The notes below the pieces were generated by a model. That model was not told where the DNA came from and ran no database searches. It saw nothing but the letters and a program-made list of their open reading frames with translations. Shown piece after piece: positions 14,537-30,189 of a stretch of 64,000 bases of DNA; the stretch's first letter is position 1; each line of letters opens with the position of its first letter. Origin of the DNA: the human T2T-CHM13v2.0 reference genome, Homo sapiens; NCBI RefSeq assembly GCF_009914755.1, contig NC_060935.1; one strand, given 5' to 3'. A program made the translations under genes and the position numbers.

Positions 14537-15879
14537 AAAATCAGATTCTCCCTTGGGAAGAATAAAAAGGAAACAGTCATAATGCTGTTCTTCCATATTT
14601 TCAGCCAGCAGAAGAAATATCATATTGATCCAGGGTGAAAAAGTTCTACTCACTTTTTATAAAAGCAGTTCTAATTAAAGTCAACATGAACTGATTTTTC
14701 AGAATGTATTGTATAGATAGACCATATTTATGAATGCTTTATAGATATAGTCCAGAAGTAGCCTCTGAGTTTCATTAGAGTACTTATTGAACAATAATTT
14801 ACTTGAGTATTTATAGGCTGAAAAAACAAAATGCTACATTCTCTGGTTATTTTCAAAATTAAAAAAAAATAAATGCAGGCAGTTTTACAATTAGTGAGTC
14901 AAGGGCATTACCAATCATTTCCAAGCAATTGTATATGACAATTTTGGCTCCTATTTCCCATCATTACAGGATGCCTCAAAGGTTCATAAATCCATATACA
15001 AATTATCAATTTACTTTTCAAAGTTTGGATTCAGTTTTAGTCAATTATTGCTATTATAATAACTTGTAATTTAAATCACCTAAAAACTTACATAATTTGA
15101 GGTAAACAGTAAGCTATCACATATCAACTCTACTACAACACCCCAGCAGTTTCATAATAAAAGATTCTCTCAATAAGTTTGGAAATGTTCCCACAGCACC
15201 AAGCTAGAAGGCAATTTAAAATCAAATTAATATGATGAAAAATAATCCCAAATCATGCAAATACTATAAATTAGTAAGGAAGCTAAAATTACTAAGGTGG
15301 TTTATTATTTTGAATTCTCTTTCTGCATTCTTATTAAATCTTTATGGATATTTCCTCTTCTGATTTAATAAGACTATCTGATTCATAAGAAAGAGCTAAT
15401 ATTAAATCCCACAAATGAAAATATTGATGAACACACTGTAAAACACAATTCCCTGGTTTTGTTCTCGGGTAATTTAACTGTGCTATGACAATGCTAAATT
15501 CAATACAAACATACTCTCCATAAAAGAAAATCCAACATCAAAAACAATCCCAAATGAGAAGCCTGCCCAGCTGGTAGGCTTGAAAATTTAAGAACTGATT
15601 AGTTCAATCTGGAATGTCTATATTTGCAGTGTGCAGCAAATGTGAGACAGTATTCCTTTTGTTTGTTTTCCTGGCATGGTAGAAGTACCATTCAATAATT
15701 ATTCCCTGAGGGAACTTAAACTAGATTTTATTTTTAATGCTCCATATTTTCCCATTTTCATCACTGGTAGGAGTGGTTAGAAAACTCTCTTTCCACTTAT
15801 AAATGGTTAAATATAAACATATATGTGCATATTAAAGAAGAGTAATAAAATAAAAAATTTTATACTATGTTTATCTTCC

Positions 15880-16890
15880 CTATTGTATCCTCTTACTTCC
15901 CATATCTTTCCCTCAGAGATAAGCACCAGCTTGAATTTTGTGTTAATCATTCCTTTTTTTTTTTTTACACTTTTTGCCATCAATGCAAGTATTTCTAAAT
16001 AGAATTGTTTCCATTTTTCCAGTTTTAAACTTTAGTTAAGTGGAATAATACTACAGCATTCTTTAATGACTTGATTCTTTTGTTCAAGATTATGTTTTTG
16101 ACATTCATCCATGTTGATGTCAGTAGCTGAGGTCTTTCATATTCCCAACTATATGGTATACCAAGGTATAAATATAACACAGTTTATCTATCCTACTGTT
16201 GATGGATATTTGAATTAGCTAGAGTTTGAGACTGTTACAAAAACTATTCTTGTGTGTGACTTTTGCTACACGTGCACAAGTACTTCCCTTGTACATGTGT
16301 AAACGTCTAGGAGAGGAAATGCTGGGTTGTAGGACATGCAAAAGTTAAACTTTACCAGGTGATGCCAAGTAAATTGTACCATTTATACTTCCACTAGCTA
16401 TGGGTGAGATTTCCTGCTGCTACAGATCCTCACCAACAGTGGCACTGTCAGACTTTCAAAGTTGTGTCAAACTAGTAGGGAGAAATGCTTATGATAGTGT
16501 TGTAAATTTCTATTAATTTGATTACTGACAAGGTTAACTAGATACTTATTGATTACATGTGTCACAAAAATATTCTCCTAATTTGTAGTTGTATTTTAAT
16601 TTTTTAGTTCTTCTTAACAGGAAGGTTTTAATTTTAATGTTCTAAACTTTTATTTTATGATTTGCAAATTTTTGACCTGATAAGTTCACAAAAAATCCTT
16701 CCCTACTTGTCAAAATTTTCTAATGACAAATTTATAGTTTTATAATATGAATTTTTACATTTACCTCCCACACCAAAAATTGATTTATATAAAGATTCAT
16801 AAAGTACAATACCAATTTCAATTAGTTTTCTTCATGAATAGCCAATAGTCCCCCAAGCATTTATTGAATGCCTTGTCCTTTTCACACCAA
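15880..16890 (-). mobile_element. Ancient L1M (ME-like) 3' fragment
   Basis: cattcatccatgttg, ctgttgatggatatttg, cctcaccaaca and aagcatttattgaat L1M 3' motifs, highly diverged. Confidence 0.6.
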
Positions 16891-16911
16891 TCAATGTCAC
16901 TTTTATAATTT

Positions 16912-17198
16912 TTTTTTTTTGAGATGGAGTCTCGCTCTGTCGCCCAGGCTGGAGTGCAGTGGCGCATCTCGGTTCACGGCAACCTCTGCCTCCCGGGTTC
17001 ACGCCATTCTCTGCCTCAGCCTCCTGAGTAGCTGGGATTACAGACGCCCGCCACCACACCCGGCTAATTTTTTGTATTTTTAGTACAGACAGGGTTTCAC
17101 CATCTTGGCCAAACTGGTCTTGAACTCCTGACCTTGTGATCCACCCTCTCAGCCTCCCTAAGTGCTGGGATTACAGACGTAAGCCACCGTGCCCAGGC
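16912..17198 (-). mobile_element. AluS (Sg/Sc-like)
   Basis: Full Alu with TSD tgtcacttttataattt at 16895-16911 and 17199-17215. Confidence 0.95.
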
Positions 17199-19216
17199 TG
17201 TCACTTTTATAATTTATCAATTGCTCTTTTTCTCTGATGCCCTGCAGTCTCGTTAAGATGGGTTTAGTTTTGGATTCCTATGGTTTAACTTTTGCAGAAT
17301 TCTTTGGAATTACTGTGTCTGGGTGCTGATTACTGTGTCTGGGTACTGATTGACATCTTTTAATAGTTCCTGAAAATAATTCTCTTTTTTGTATTCACTC
17401 TGTTACCTTCATTTGGAACCTCAATTGAATATATATTACATCTTTCCACTCTCTCCGCCCTGTCTCCCACATATTTTATATTTTACATTCTCTTATTCAT
17501 ATTCCCCATTTTTAAATATCTGAACTTAGTTATTGATAATTTCTTCAGTTCTTTTAGTGAACAAGCTCTTGCTTCATCTATGTCTAATCTGCTTTTAAAC
17601 TTGTCCACTTTGTTCTCTCTTCTTTTCTTAAGCATCGTGTTGATTGCTTAGAAGTTCTCTGATTCTTTCCCAAGTCTTGTCCCTTTCTCACAGTTTTCAG
17701 CTCTTTTTATTTCTTATAGTTACGTTAAAAATTGTCATTTTAATTCTGTGTCTGATAAGTTTGATATCTGAAAACATCCCAGGTATGTTTTTTCACATCT
17801 ATAATTTCCCCCGGTTCTTCCCCATAGTACTTTGTTTTCATGTGTGTGTGGCTTTTTTCTTTTTTATTACTCGTTTTAATAACCTTTATCTTCCAGGTGG
17901 GTTAAATGTAAAAACCCATACTATGAAACTGCAAATTTATCATTAGGAAATTCTGACTTAAGTCAGGAAGAATTTTTTGTGAACTGGTCAGGTCAAAAAT
18001 TTACAAATTATAAAAGAAAATATGTATCATTTAAAACATTAAAATTAAACCTTCTGGTTTATCAAGAACAACTAAAAGATAAAAATACAACCACAAACTA
18101 GGACCTTATTTTTACAACACATGGAATCTGTGGAAATAATTTGAGGATAGGATTGAAGTTGGCATCCTCCAGGGGGGAATAGTATTTCCCAGTTTCCTTC
18201 TATCATTGCTAATAACAGGGCTCTTAAGTTAAATTCACCAATTACGTTTTTTTTTTTTCAATCTACACACGTAGTGTAATTGTCATGTTTTTCCTGTTCC
18301 TGTGAGCTCAGAGAAGTGCCTAATAGTTTTTTAAAAATATTTTTTAATATATTTAACCCAATATTTTCATAATTTTAATCAGATGGATTGTTCAGTGTCC
18401 CCAATCTGCTATAATGCCAGAACTAGAACGGTACTCATATTTTTAGCCATTTCCTGTGCCCGCCCCCCCGCCCCCGTGTTTTCTTAACTCTTAGCTGGTA
18501 AGCTGTTATAAAAGGGTGGACTTGAATACAAGTTTACTTCCCCAAATATAAGATTTCTGATTTCAAAGTAATGACACTTCTGGGATCCATCACTGGGCTC
18601 AAGCAGAAATATGGTAGATGACCTCATTCATTCTTCATTCCCAGAGGTAGACCTCAGATTGCAGAAGACCATCAGACCCAAGAGTACAACACACCAGGAT
18701 CTGGACTTTCCACTGTTTTTAAAGTTTTCACAGGCTGCAATCTTCAAACTCTGCCACAAGAAAAACTCCAGAAGTAACTCTGAGGTCTGATGTTTCACAA
18801 GGAATACCTGTATACTATCTACAGGAAGTTGCGCAGGTCCTCCATTTTCTTGCTTTTTTTGTGTTTTACTTCTTGGATTACCTCTAAAACTCCGAATCTC
18901 ATCATCATCATTCTTGCTTGGATTTCGTGACCTGGTCACTGACAGTAAGTTCTTCCCTTGGGTCTAATCTTTTAGCTCTTTCTTTCCTCCACAGTAATTT
19001 GCCTTCCACAAACCATTTCCTATCTTGGACCTATTCCATTTGTTCTTTTCCTGGATTTATGAGTTATCTCTAGTCACTCCTTGTCCTCCTTAAGCACCCA
19101 ACTTGTCTAGATCTATAAATTACAAAAAGTAGAACTTGGAAGGGAATTATTTGCCTCCTCCAGTTAATGGTGCACTTACTACTCAAACTCTCAAACTAGA
19201 TTGTTGGGAGGGTTAC

Positions 19217-19360
19217 CTGAATCGGTCTTCCATCAGGTGTCAGCACCTCTTCTGAAAGTTCCATCATCTTCAAGGCCATCAGAGCAATGGGTTTAGCATG
19301 GCAGAGGCTTTTTCTGTGGAGCCCTGCTGCAACACAGTAGGCATCACCTATTGTTTCCAC
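19217..19360 (-). CDS. GUCY1A2: Next internal coding exon (probably exon 6) of sGC alpha-2; 144 nt, phase 0/0; absent from the ORF track
   Basis: Translates to [48 protein letters not shown]. Joined in frame to the previous exon it gives the conserved YK|VETIGDAY cyclase motif. Acceptor ctgcag|GTG at 19361/19360; donor CAG|gtaacc at 19217/19216. Confidence 0.97.
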
Positions 19361-19905
19361 CTGCAGCAATCAGACAAATCAAATGCAAACGTATGATAAT
19401 GAGCCCAAAGAGAAATGATTAGTTATCTGCAATCACAAATGTTGCTGAAAAACATGTCGGCAAAACATCAATAAATTAAGCAATTAGACTACTGTTTATA
19501 ATCACAGCAGAGTTTGCAAACAGCCACAGTCAAATACTGACATCTCACTCCAGGGTTGTTCAATAACATTATCACTAGAGATGATCATTGAAATTAGGAA
19601 CAACTATAATATAAAATAATTATCCCCCACGAAAACAGGACTGTCAGTATTTTGCCTAGATAATTTCCAAATAATCGCCTTTTCCAGAGCCATCCCTTCA
19701 TCTCCTTCCAACTTTCAAGTATTCCTTTGGAAAGCATTTTTTTCCCAGTTTTTCCACCTGAAGAAAATTGTTCCACACTTTTAGATATATCTGTAATTTT
19801 TCGTCAGGTCTGTTCTTTCTTACTCTTAAAAATTGTAACGCCTAATGTTTCTTAAATATTCATACCCCATACCATTGCGTCAACCACTTTATGTACATTG
19901 TCTCA

Positions 19906-20619
<714 letters not shown>

Positions 20620-20896
20620 AAGAAACAAGTATTAGTGACATTTGAAAGATGAAAAATTGAGGTGCAGAGGCCCATCCATAACCATATAATTGAGAGTTAA
20701 CAGCTACCGTAGGGGTCTTTCCAGACCCTCTTCTAATTCTATTGTCACATCCATTCTGAATGTCCATTGCTGTTAATAAATATTTTAAATATTTACCCCA
20801 GGTTAAAACTCCCAAATTTCCAAAGCATAGAACATGGAATAAAAGTTCTATTACTTTAGAGAAAAGCTCTCTAATTATCCACAATAGAGATGGTGG

Positions 20897-20938
20897 TATT
20901 AATGGCAAAAACTGCAATTACTTTTGCACCAACCTAAT
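20897..20938 (+). mobile_element. MADE1 (Hsmar1 MITE) half
   Basis: aatggcaaaaactgcaattacttttgcaccaacctaata, a mariner TIR ending in TA. Confidence 0.85.
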
Positions 20939-21130
20939 AAAATCCTCAATAGTTTTAATATTATTAATTAGGCTGAAGTGATGAAAAATTGTACTAAATG
21001 CACAATTCCAGTGTCACTTTTTCTGTGATGTGCTCCATGTTCCTTCCTTTAGTTTTTATCAAATAATTTCTCAAAGAACTAATCCTTTCTTTATTCTGTT
21101 TCCACAGCACTTCCACATCTTTCTGCTTTA

Positions 21131-21450
<320 letters not shown>

Positions 21451-22676
21451 GAAATGGGACTATGTTTTTTTCATCTCTGTATTCACAGAGCTTAGCATAA
21501 TGTCTATAATATAGCTATTTATTAAATATCTCATATTTATTGAATATTTGCTAAATGAATAAGTCAATCAACCATGCTAACCATAATCACAATAAGTAAT
21601 TTTCACTGTTTGCTTATTTTCACCATTCATTTTATGAGCGCCATCTAGATCTGTGTGCTATGTAGATCTGTATAGGAAAAATATGCGTCAGTGATGGAGA
21701 TGCTTCCAGCATAAATATACCAAGAATTATTATAAAATATTCTGTTATTTTTAATATCAAAAATTAAATTTCCATGTAAAAGCATTCCAACACTACAATA
21801 TTAAAAAGATATACTGCATGAAATTATATGAGCACTAATTTAGGGAATATTATGAGAACACTTAAGAAGCTCATGAGACCAACAGTGCAAAACTTATCAC
21901 TTGATCATCAGGAAATATGCATTAAAACTGATTCAAATACCCCCAGATCTATCATTATATTCAAAAATTTCACTTTAAGACCTGTTTTCTGATGCAAGAA
22001 AAATGAAAATAAAATTATACTATAAGAATAGAAAGACAATGCAATATGAGTTGGCAAAAGTTTTATTCCAAAGACTAAAATATACTTCCTGGAAATAATT
22101 CTCACTGAGGAAGACACCCATCAAAGAATAAACATCTAAAATGTGCCTATTTACCATTTTACCCCTAATAAGACAATGTTCTTTGCTAATCTTCACATTA
22201 TCCCACCCGTTCATATTTGTATACACTTTGAAAATCTATCTATGATGCTATTAGCTGTGTACTTCAAAACTTATTTCTGGTAGTCAGATATCAGAACATA
22301 TAGTCAGTAAATTGCCTGCACAAATCAAAATGCTTTGCAGTAGCTCTGAACATCCAAGTTCCTAGAGCACAATCACTTCCTGAAATGTCTATCACCATCA
22401 TCATCCTCATCAGCATCTCAATTATCTTTTCAGAAAAAAAAAATGCATTGAATTCCATTAAATATGTATGACTAGAATTTGCACAAGAATACATGGAGAT
22501 TAGTTAGTTATATGTTGCATTTTCTCCTTAGGAGTATGTACTCTAATTGCATAGAAAAGTTAGACCAATATGTTACCAACTGATACATAAATGAATGAAG
22601 TAGAAAATAAATGTGGGCACAATGTAAATATGACAAATTCATATTACAATCCGTACATGATTGTATAAAACTTTAA

Positions 22677-22938
22677 GACTAGGCGTGGTGGCTGACACCT
22701 GGAATCCCAACATTTTGGGAGACCAAGGCAGGAGGACTGCTTGAGTCCAGGAGTTCAAGACCAGCCTGGGCAACAGTGAGACCTCAATCTTTACAAAAAT
22801 AAAAATTATCCAGGTAAGGTGGACCTTACCTATAGTCCCAGCTACTTGGAATCGCTAGAGCCCAGGAGATCAAGGCTGCAGTGGGCTATGATTTCACCAC
22901 TGCACTCCAGACTGGGTGACAAAGCGAGAACGAGACCT
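22677..22938 (+). mobile_element. AluJ, internally deleted
   Basis: ggaggactgcttgagtccaggagttcaagacc...ggctgcagtgggctatgat. Confidence 0.88.
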
Positions 22939-23124
22939 TTCTCTCTTTCTCTCCATAGGTGTGTAAACTAAATATATATATTTAGTTTCCAAATATTAGA
23001 AACAATAGGACCAAAGAGGTAGGGAAGACACAGACATCAAAAAAACAGTGACACATATTAGGAAATGAAATTCTCACAATTATTCATAAATATCCAACAT
23101 ACAGAAACCTAAAAAATGTTTTCA

Positions 23125-23480
23125 TAGGCTGGGTTAGATTATGATACAGTAACAATTTAACCTCCAAATCTTAATGCACTAAATTAGCAACAGTGTATTT
23201 CTCATTCATTCTACATATCCATTTGGATTAAGGGATTGGGGTGGAGGGGAGAAACTGTGCCACATCTCTTCACTCCAGGAACAATGCTAACAGAACCTCC
23301 ACGTCGGGAACTAGTCGCCACAGCAAAGGAAAAGAGGTTCTGACCCAATTGTACAGGAGCTCTTAAAGCTTCCTCCCAGATGTGACATATATATCTTCTT
23401 TTCATGATTCATTGACCAGAGCAAGTTACATGGCTATGCTTAATGTATAGAGAATGGGAAATGCCAAACTACCTTGTGTA
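23125..23480 (-). mobile_element. Old MLT1 (MaLR) LTR remnant
   Basis: gttagattatgatacagtaacaa...attcattgaccagagcaagttacatgg resembles old MLT1 LTRs; diverged. Confidence 0.5.
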
Positions 23481-24347
23481 CTGCATGAATGAATAAATAA
23501 TCACACATTCTCTAATATCAAAATGTCTGGAAAGTTTAAGTAATTGGCATATACATTAAGTAAAGTGTATGTAATATATCTTTGTGATTTTTTTTCTTTC
23601 CAGATATATTCGGCACCTTAAGAATATTGGCAGAAACACAACAGTCTTAATGCAGCTTTCCAGGAATGCTCCATTTTTCTCTCTTCTCTCTTCCTCTAAG
23701 GCAGCTCTATACAAGTTTAGCAAAATTAAATATATGTGGAAGTGTTAGTGGATTCCTTCAAAGTAATTAGTGGGTTTTGCTTCATGAGGAGCAGGAAAAG
23801 TGAAAGTGTCATGTATCAATTCCATTGCTCCTGAGTTTATTTCCTTGAGCTAAACCAAAATGAAACAAGTGGACATGGTAAACAGACTACAAAAAAAAAA
23901 AAAAAAAGAAAAGAAAAACTGTCTAAAAGTTGACTTTGTTCTGAATTCCTTTATAATTGCCTCAGTGTTTTTATATAGTTTAAATACAACAGACACAGTT
24001 TAAAATAGTGCATTTCATTTATTTTCACCATCTCCCACCTGTTCGTGAATGGCACTGGGTAAGAATAAAGATGGCTAAACTAAGCATGGAGATGGGGAAA
24101 AGATAATGCTTATGCAAATGTCTGAAAAAACTTACATTATTTTCTGAACATAGAAGAGGAGGCTTAAGTACTAAAAATACATACAACTGCTCCCTTACAT
24201 ATTACTATAGCTGCTTTTATAAAACTTTGAAGAATTTGCCTATCTCAGTTTATCTTTTCTCAAAACTTCAGAATCAAAATCTTTACATTATTCCAGAAAT
24301 AAAGGTGGTGTAAATAAATATATTAGAGCTGTGCATTCACCTTGTTT

Positions 24348-24668
<321 letters not shown>

Positions 24669-26182
24669 TAGTTTTAGATCATTTAAAAGAATTTCTTTTA
24701 GCTCCTAATTAAATTTCATTCCCATAACATTTTTCTCCTTGCCCTCTAGGCTAATACTTAAGAAATATCTGGGAACTTCTTGGATATTTGGGCACAGATG
24801 GAAGAAAGAAGTCGGGGTGAGGGGGTCAGTATTGAGGATAAGATTAGCCAAAAAGAACAATGTACACAATTAGGCAATTAACCATCCCTGTTCCATGGGA
24901 CTGGTGACCACCTCAGTCCTTCAATCTGACAGTCCTAGGTCTGTGCCTCTTTGAATTTTCTATGGGGCATAAGAGCAGAGGTTCAGAGTCTACATTACTG
25001 AACAATCTTCCCAGGACACAATCAAGAGAAGCAGCAAATTAGAAAGTCTGCTTTCCAGCCGTTTTGTGTTCTAGGGTGCTCTGGTGCCTTAAAAAGAGAC
25101 AGAGAGAGAAGAGATATTGGAATAAGATGTAGGCAGACAGATATAGATAAACTTTAAAGATGAGAAATGCTTTCTTTTCTCTCTTAGTATCTCACAGAGC
25201 ACCTGGACACCTCATCATGCTCAGGTGGGTGAAAGGGGACTGGTAAGTGTCCCATATTCTTCATGGGCTTATTGGCTGTCACCAAGAATGCTTGGTTCTT
25301 AGAAAGGATGCCATATTTCCCTTGCTGAGAGAACTGGGCCACACCTGCCAGCCCAATCAGCTGACATTTGTTGTGGTTCCTGGGTGACAGGGAGGATGGG
25401 GCATAGTAGAGGGCTTCTCCAATGGTTGGCCAAGAGTCTGAGTCCATAAGCAGTTGTGGAAGTCTTTGGTGACTAGAAACTGAACAATGAGGTCAATGGC
25501 GGTCTGCACAAGAATATCCAAAAGGTTGGCCAGGAAACACAAACACACACACACAAAACCATAGCCCAGACTTTCATGGATACTTACTAGTAACAGAAGA
25601 GCAGGAAAAACTATGGTCTTGGGTACATTAAGAGGCCCTCTACTTTTTATCCTTCACTTCAGACATACACAGCAACTTGCCACTGTTTATGTCCCTGTGT
25701 TGCCAGATACTCAGTAGGGTGGCTGAAGTGAACTCTTAACCAAAGATGAAAATCTACGTGATTGTGGTCAAGCAAAGGTATTAGGTCCATGGAACGCCCA
25801 TGGGACATACTCGAAGATAACCAGCTTGCCACCAGCCTTGAACCCAGCCTTTCGTTGTTCCTGAGGTTGCGGTTCTTAAAGATACACTGACCCTCTTTGA
25901 AGATAACTCATAAAGACCTACATCAAAGAGAGACAGGAAGGCCCTGACACAGACAAGGGTTCAAGCCATGTAGATGAAAGAATGCAGTTTTCACCATTTT
26001 CCTGGCTTAGACAAAGTGATGGGCATGTTCATAAAAGCCACATTCTTGAAGCTGGGAGCACTAAAAGTCCGGAGAAGCCAAGATGCAAGGAGGTCAGCAC
26101 ATAGACATCACTGTTGGCCAAGCACAGGTCCAACAATAGATGGCAGATGATCTGGAGCAGGGGCAACTTCCAAAAGTAGGAG

Positions 26183-27090
26183 TTGGCTACACTGATACCA
26201 GAACAGCCTGAGTATCTCCATGGGCTGCCCTGCTGAAGGTAACCTGGCTTTCCCTCCACATGACAGTTGGTATTTCAGGAGTTGGGCTAGAGATCCCTTT
26301 AAAAATAACAGCAATCTTATCAGGTTCTGGAAGGCTACAGTCTGAGGACCAGATGAAGAACCTATAGGTGATATCCTGCTCCTACAGGACTGGGGCATGG
26401 GATCCTTGCCATGTGACTGGAATGAAAGGAAATCCCACTTGTCCAGAGGATCTAACCCCATATTGTTTAATGATTACCTTGTTTCTGAAGTAGAGGTTTG
26501 TTCAAAAAAAGATTTTGAACATGTAGCATGTCGTTAGATGTCTGAACTCTTTACCTCTTAATTGAGATGGCCCTCAGCAAATCTGCACCTTGGCCCCTAC
26601 GCATGACCTTGGGTGGGGGTGGTTTCAAAAGGTGGCATCCCAGAAGGGATATTTTTTGTTTGATGAATCTGTGGTCTCATCTCAGTGTCACCATATCCAC
26701 CCAAACTTGGGCTCCAGCTGGAGGAAGCCCCTGTTAGCCTGTGCAGGTACTGTCTCCAGCTCCAGCCTTCAGAAAGTCCGTGGCATTCAGAGGCCAGGGC
26801 TTTGCCTCCTCCTTCATCTCTGTCACTTTATTTTCCTTCATCATTTCCTCTCTTCTCTACATGGATATCACTTCATCAACTCTTCTTCAACCTACATTTC
26901 TTCCTCCACCAGCATCTCTCCACCTTCTTTTCACCCACCACCTCCGCTGCTTTCCTCCCCTTTCCTGCTGTTATTGAGAAAATGGCACACTCCTCAGTTG
27001 TCACTTTTTTAGCCAACTCAACATACCAGCTATTGCCTGAGTCCCGGTGCCAGCCACAACCCTGTAGGTTATTCTCCCAGTATTTATGGG
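26183..27090 (-). pseudogene. Decayed TSPYL1-like (TSPY-like, NAP/SET domain) retrocopy; GC-richer flanks (about 25185-26182 and 27090-27365) may be UTR or N-terminal remnants
   Basis: Manual minus-strand translation gives colinear blocks: KKVTTEECAIFS, EEAKPWPL, LELETVPAQANRGFLQLEPKFG (26700-26765), MRRGQGADLLR, FKIFF*TNLYFRNKVIIKQYGVRSSGQV (about 26438-26519), FFIWSSDCSLPEPDKIAVIFK and QPMEILRLFWYQCS. These match recalled TSPYL1 blocks [71 protein letters not shown] and EPVEIPRPFGFQSG. Multiple frameshifts and stops. Confidence 0.88.
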
Positions 27091-28429
27091 GGTTAAGAGG
27101 GCACTCCTTCCTGAAAGCAGGATGCTCACCAAGACTAGTGGTGCCAGTAGAAAACTAAGTCATCACAGGTGATGACTGGCAGGGTGGGGTAGCCTGAAAA
27201 TTGCCATACCTCGGTCTCCCTAGCTCTAGAGGAGGGAGTGCCCCTGGTCCCAGTTGCTGGGACCAGAACAAGAGATAAACAAAACTGAGGAAAAAGGGGC
27301 TCCACCTCCCATAGGGAACAAAGAAGCAGCCTCTACCTCTTTGGCATCTGGGCATAAGCATAAGCATTTTAATCAGACATTATATTGTGATTCTACCTCC
27401 ACATTTTAATTTTATCCTTCCCCATAAATGTGATTACCAAAAAGGAAAGTTATTAAGATTTTTTTTAGTTTCTGTAAGTAACCTTGTAGTCATTCAATAT
27501 GAAGATCTGCATTATAGGATCTTATTTTATGATGCGAAAGATTAATATTCTAGCAATAATTTTTGTATATTAATGAGATTAATGTTGCAGAGGCTGGAGC
27601 TCCGTACTTGTCCTCCATGTGAAGTCATGGGTAATATCTACAGAACTAAGGTGTGATAAAGAGTCATTAAAGTAACCTCATAATACCTCTAACTTTCTAT
27701 GGGCATTAATCTGTCATATGAAGAACTGAAAGTCCTCAGCTGGCATTGTCATTAACCTACACAGGCACTTCAGAAAGAAGAATCTGTGTACATAGGTACC
27801 CACTCCTTGCATAGGCTCAGGAAAATAAAAGGTCATCTCATCTCTTAATGCCCACCATCATTTTTAGATGTGGGTAGCTTTTTTCTCCAGTATAGCTTTA
27901 AATTCACAGTCTGATTCTCAGAGACCCTAACGGAGACGATGGATTGAAACTAGGCTTATTTACTCTTTCTAAAGGCCCCTGAAAGCCTCATGGATGCACA
28001 TATTACTTTTAAAGGAGAAGATGCAAAGAGAAAAACCGTTTCCACTTCACTGAGTATATGACTTTTTCAGGGCACATCCCAAACAAAGCTGCAAACTAGG
28101 CAAAGTCTATCTCAGCACTCAGCCCTCAGGATTTTCAACTTTTCTTTCCTGATTTCTGGATCTGTAATTTTCTTTCTTTTTGTTTGGCAAGGGGGTATCT
28201 GTAACTTTCTTACAACCATACCTGATGGACAAATTTCTATCACTCTCACAGTATGTATCATGTTAATGTGTGTGTGTGTGTTTATACTCCTCTCCGCCTA
28301 CTAGATATTTACTTAACTTTATATCCCTGGACCTGAGTACAGTATCAGGATGCCCATAAGAGTTCTATTAAATGCTTTAAATTGCATTCAATTTCTACAC
28401 TTAGGGGTCAGAAGTGGCCCTTAAGCAAG

Positions 28430-28605
28430 TTTTCAATTGCAAAATTCAGGACAACCTGCATAAGAATCACCCAGAAGGTATTTGTTAAAAATTAGATTCC
28501 CAGGCTCCACTTGGATTTACTGAATCAAAATATGGATATAAGGGCCAGCTATCTGCATTCACAAGCTTCAGTTGTTTTAAATGATTCCCAAAGTCTGAAG
28601 ACTTC
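28430..28605. mobile_element. MER5-type hAT-Charlie remnant
   Basis: agaatcaccc...tttgttaaaaattagattcccaggctccac...tactgaatcaaaa...atctgcatt. Confidence 0.6.
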
Positions 28606-30189
28606 TGTATATGAAGTGAGTTAAAAATAGTACAATATTCACCCCGATATCCACCTTTTTTTTTTTTTTAAAGAGCAGTGGCTTTCAGAAAGGAGAAAAG
28701 CACTTCTAACCTGACCCCAGCTATTCCCATGTACTCCTTCTCTGTTCTCCACTCCATCCATAGGGTAATAAACTTTTCCAGATATTTCCTTGTTTGTTGA
28801 AAGTGCAGACTACAACAACCAGTCCAAATGTGCACATGCACACACGTACACACCACACATGCTGAGAATCTGGCACAGTAGGCATTCAATGATCCAAAGA
28901 AAGTTTGTTGAGCTCAGTTAAACACACCCAAGCTCATTGTACATAATGATTTAGCAATTCAAATGGAAACAGGTTTAAGGATTTACTGACAAGGCTACAA
29001 ACAAAAACAAAAACAAAACAAAAACAAAACAGCCTCTTCATTCTTTCTTTAAAAAAAAATTTTTGTCTAATTACACTCATTTTGGTTGACATTTTTGACC
29101 CAAATACGGCTGCTTTTAAGGATGACTCTACACAGTGCTCAGCTGGTACAGTGTTGAAAAGGAGGTCATGGATATAAATAGAACAGTGATTTGGCCTGGG
29201 AACTACTCCCAAATGAAGGAAAATGGATTCCAAATGACTGTCTATCACAGAAAGCTCTCCTCCTGATAAAACTCTCAGTAGGTCTTTCAATGTGCATTCC
29301 AATTCCTGCACAGGAATGTCCATCGTGTGGAAAATACTGTTTCTACCTCCCAGGTTGTTTATCATAAAGGATATTGAATACTGAAGCATGTTAGGGAAGA
29401 GAAATACATTAAAATATCAAGTCAAAATTTCATTCTAAATCATTGTTAGATGTGGGCAATTCAAAATTTCTTTCTGACAGTCCTGTAAGATCTTCAACAC
29501 TAGGGCTCCAGTTTCCCAGGTTCATCCACCTCTACCACTGTAATTGACTCCATGTTCCAATCAAAATGGGTAACTCAATGTTTTTTGCAAACTTTCTGTA
29601 CCTCCCACCACCATATTAATACTCAATGTTATTATTCTACCTAGAGTTCATCCACTCACTCTTTAGAAAATAATATTGAGTCTATTATTTTTCAAGGATT
29701 TCTGATTTACCAGAACTTTAAATATATCCCCAGAGAATGGCAAATGTCTGCTATATTTTGAATAAACACATAAGGAGTGCTAAGTAATGTTAATTGATGT
29801 CACAAAAGTAAATCCTGTGACCCAATTTAGCATATCAAGTGAAAATATTAAGAATTCATTTTTTTAGTATTTTTTGTGTGGTGGTTTCTTTTTTATTAAT
29901 TTTTTATTTTTAATTGTGGGTACACAGTATATATTATATATAATTATACTCTTAGTTATTTTTAAATGTACAATTAAATTATTTTTTACTATAGTCATCC
30001 TGTTGTGCCAGCAAATACTAGGTCTTATTCATTCTTTCTCTTTTTTGTACCCATTAACCATCCCCACTTCGCCATGACCACCCTACTACCATTCCCAGTG
30101 TCTAGTAACCACCCTTCTGCTGTCTATCTCCATGAATTCAATTTTTTACATTTTAGTTTCCACAAGTGAGAACGTGGGAAATTTGCCTT

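Noticed and set aside
18628-19114. 103-aa minus-strand ORF and an acceptor-like ttttgtaatttatag 104 nt downstream of the exon donor
   Set aside because: The ORF has a non-ATG start and no recognisable homology; splicing to that AG gives ATC-TAG immediately. No support from sequence alone.
26590-27158. Plus-strand ORFs of 140, 157 and 78 aa
   Set aside because: Antisense shadows of the purine-rich TSPYL-like pseudogene.
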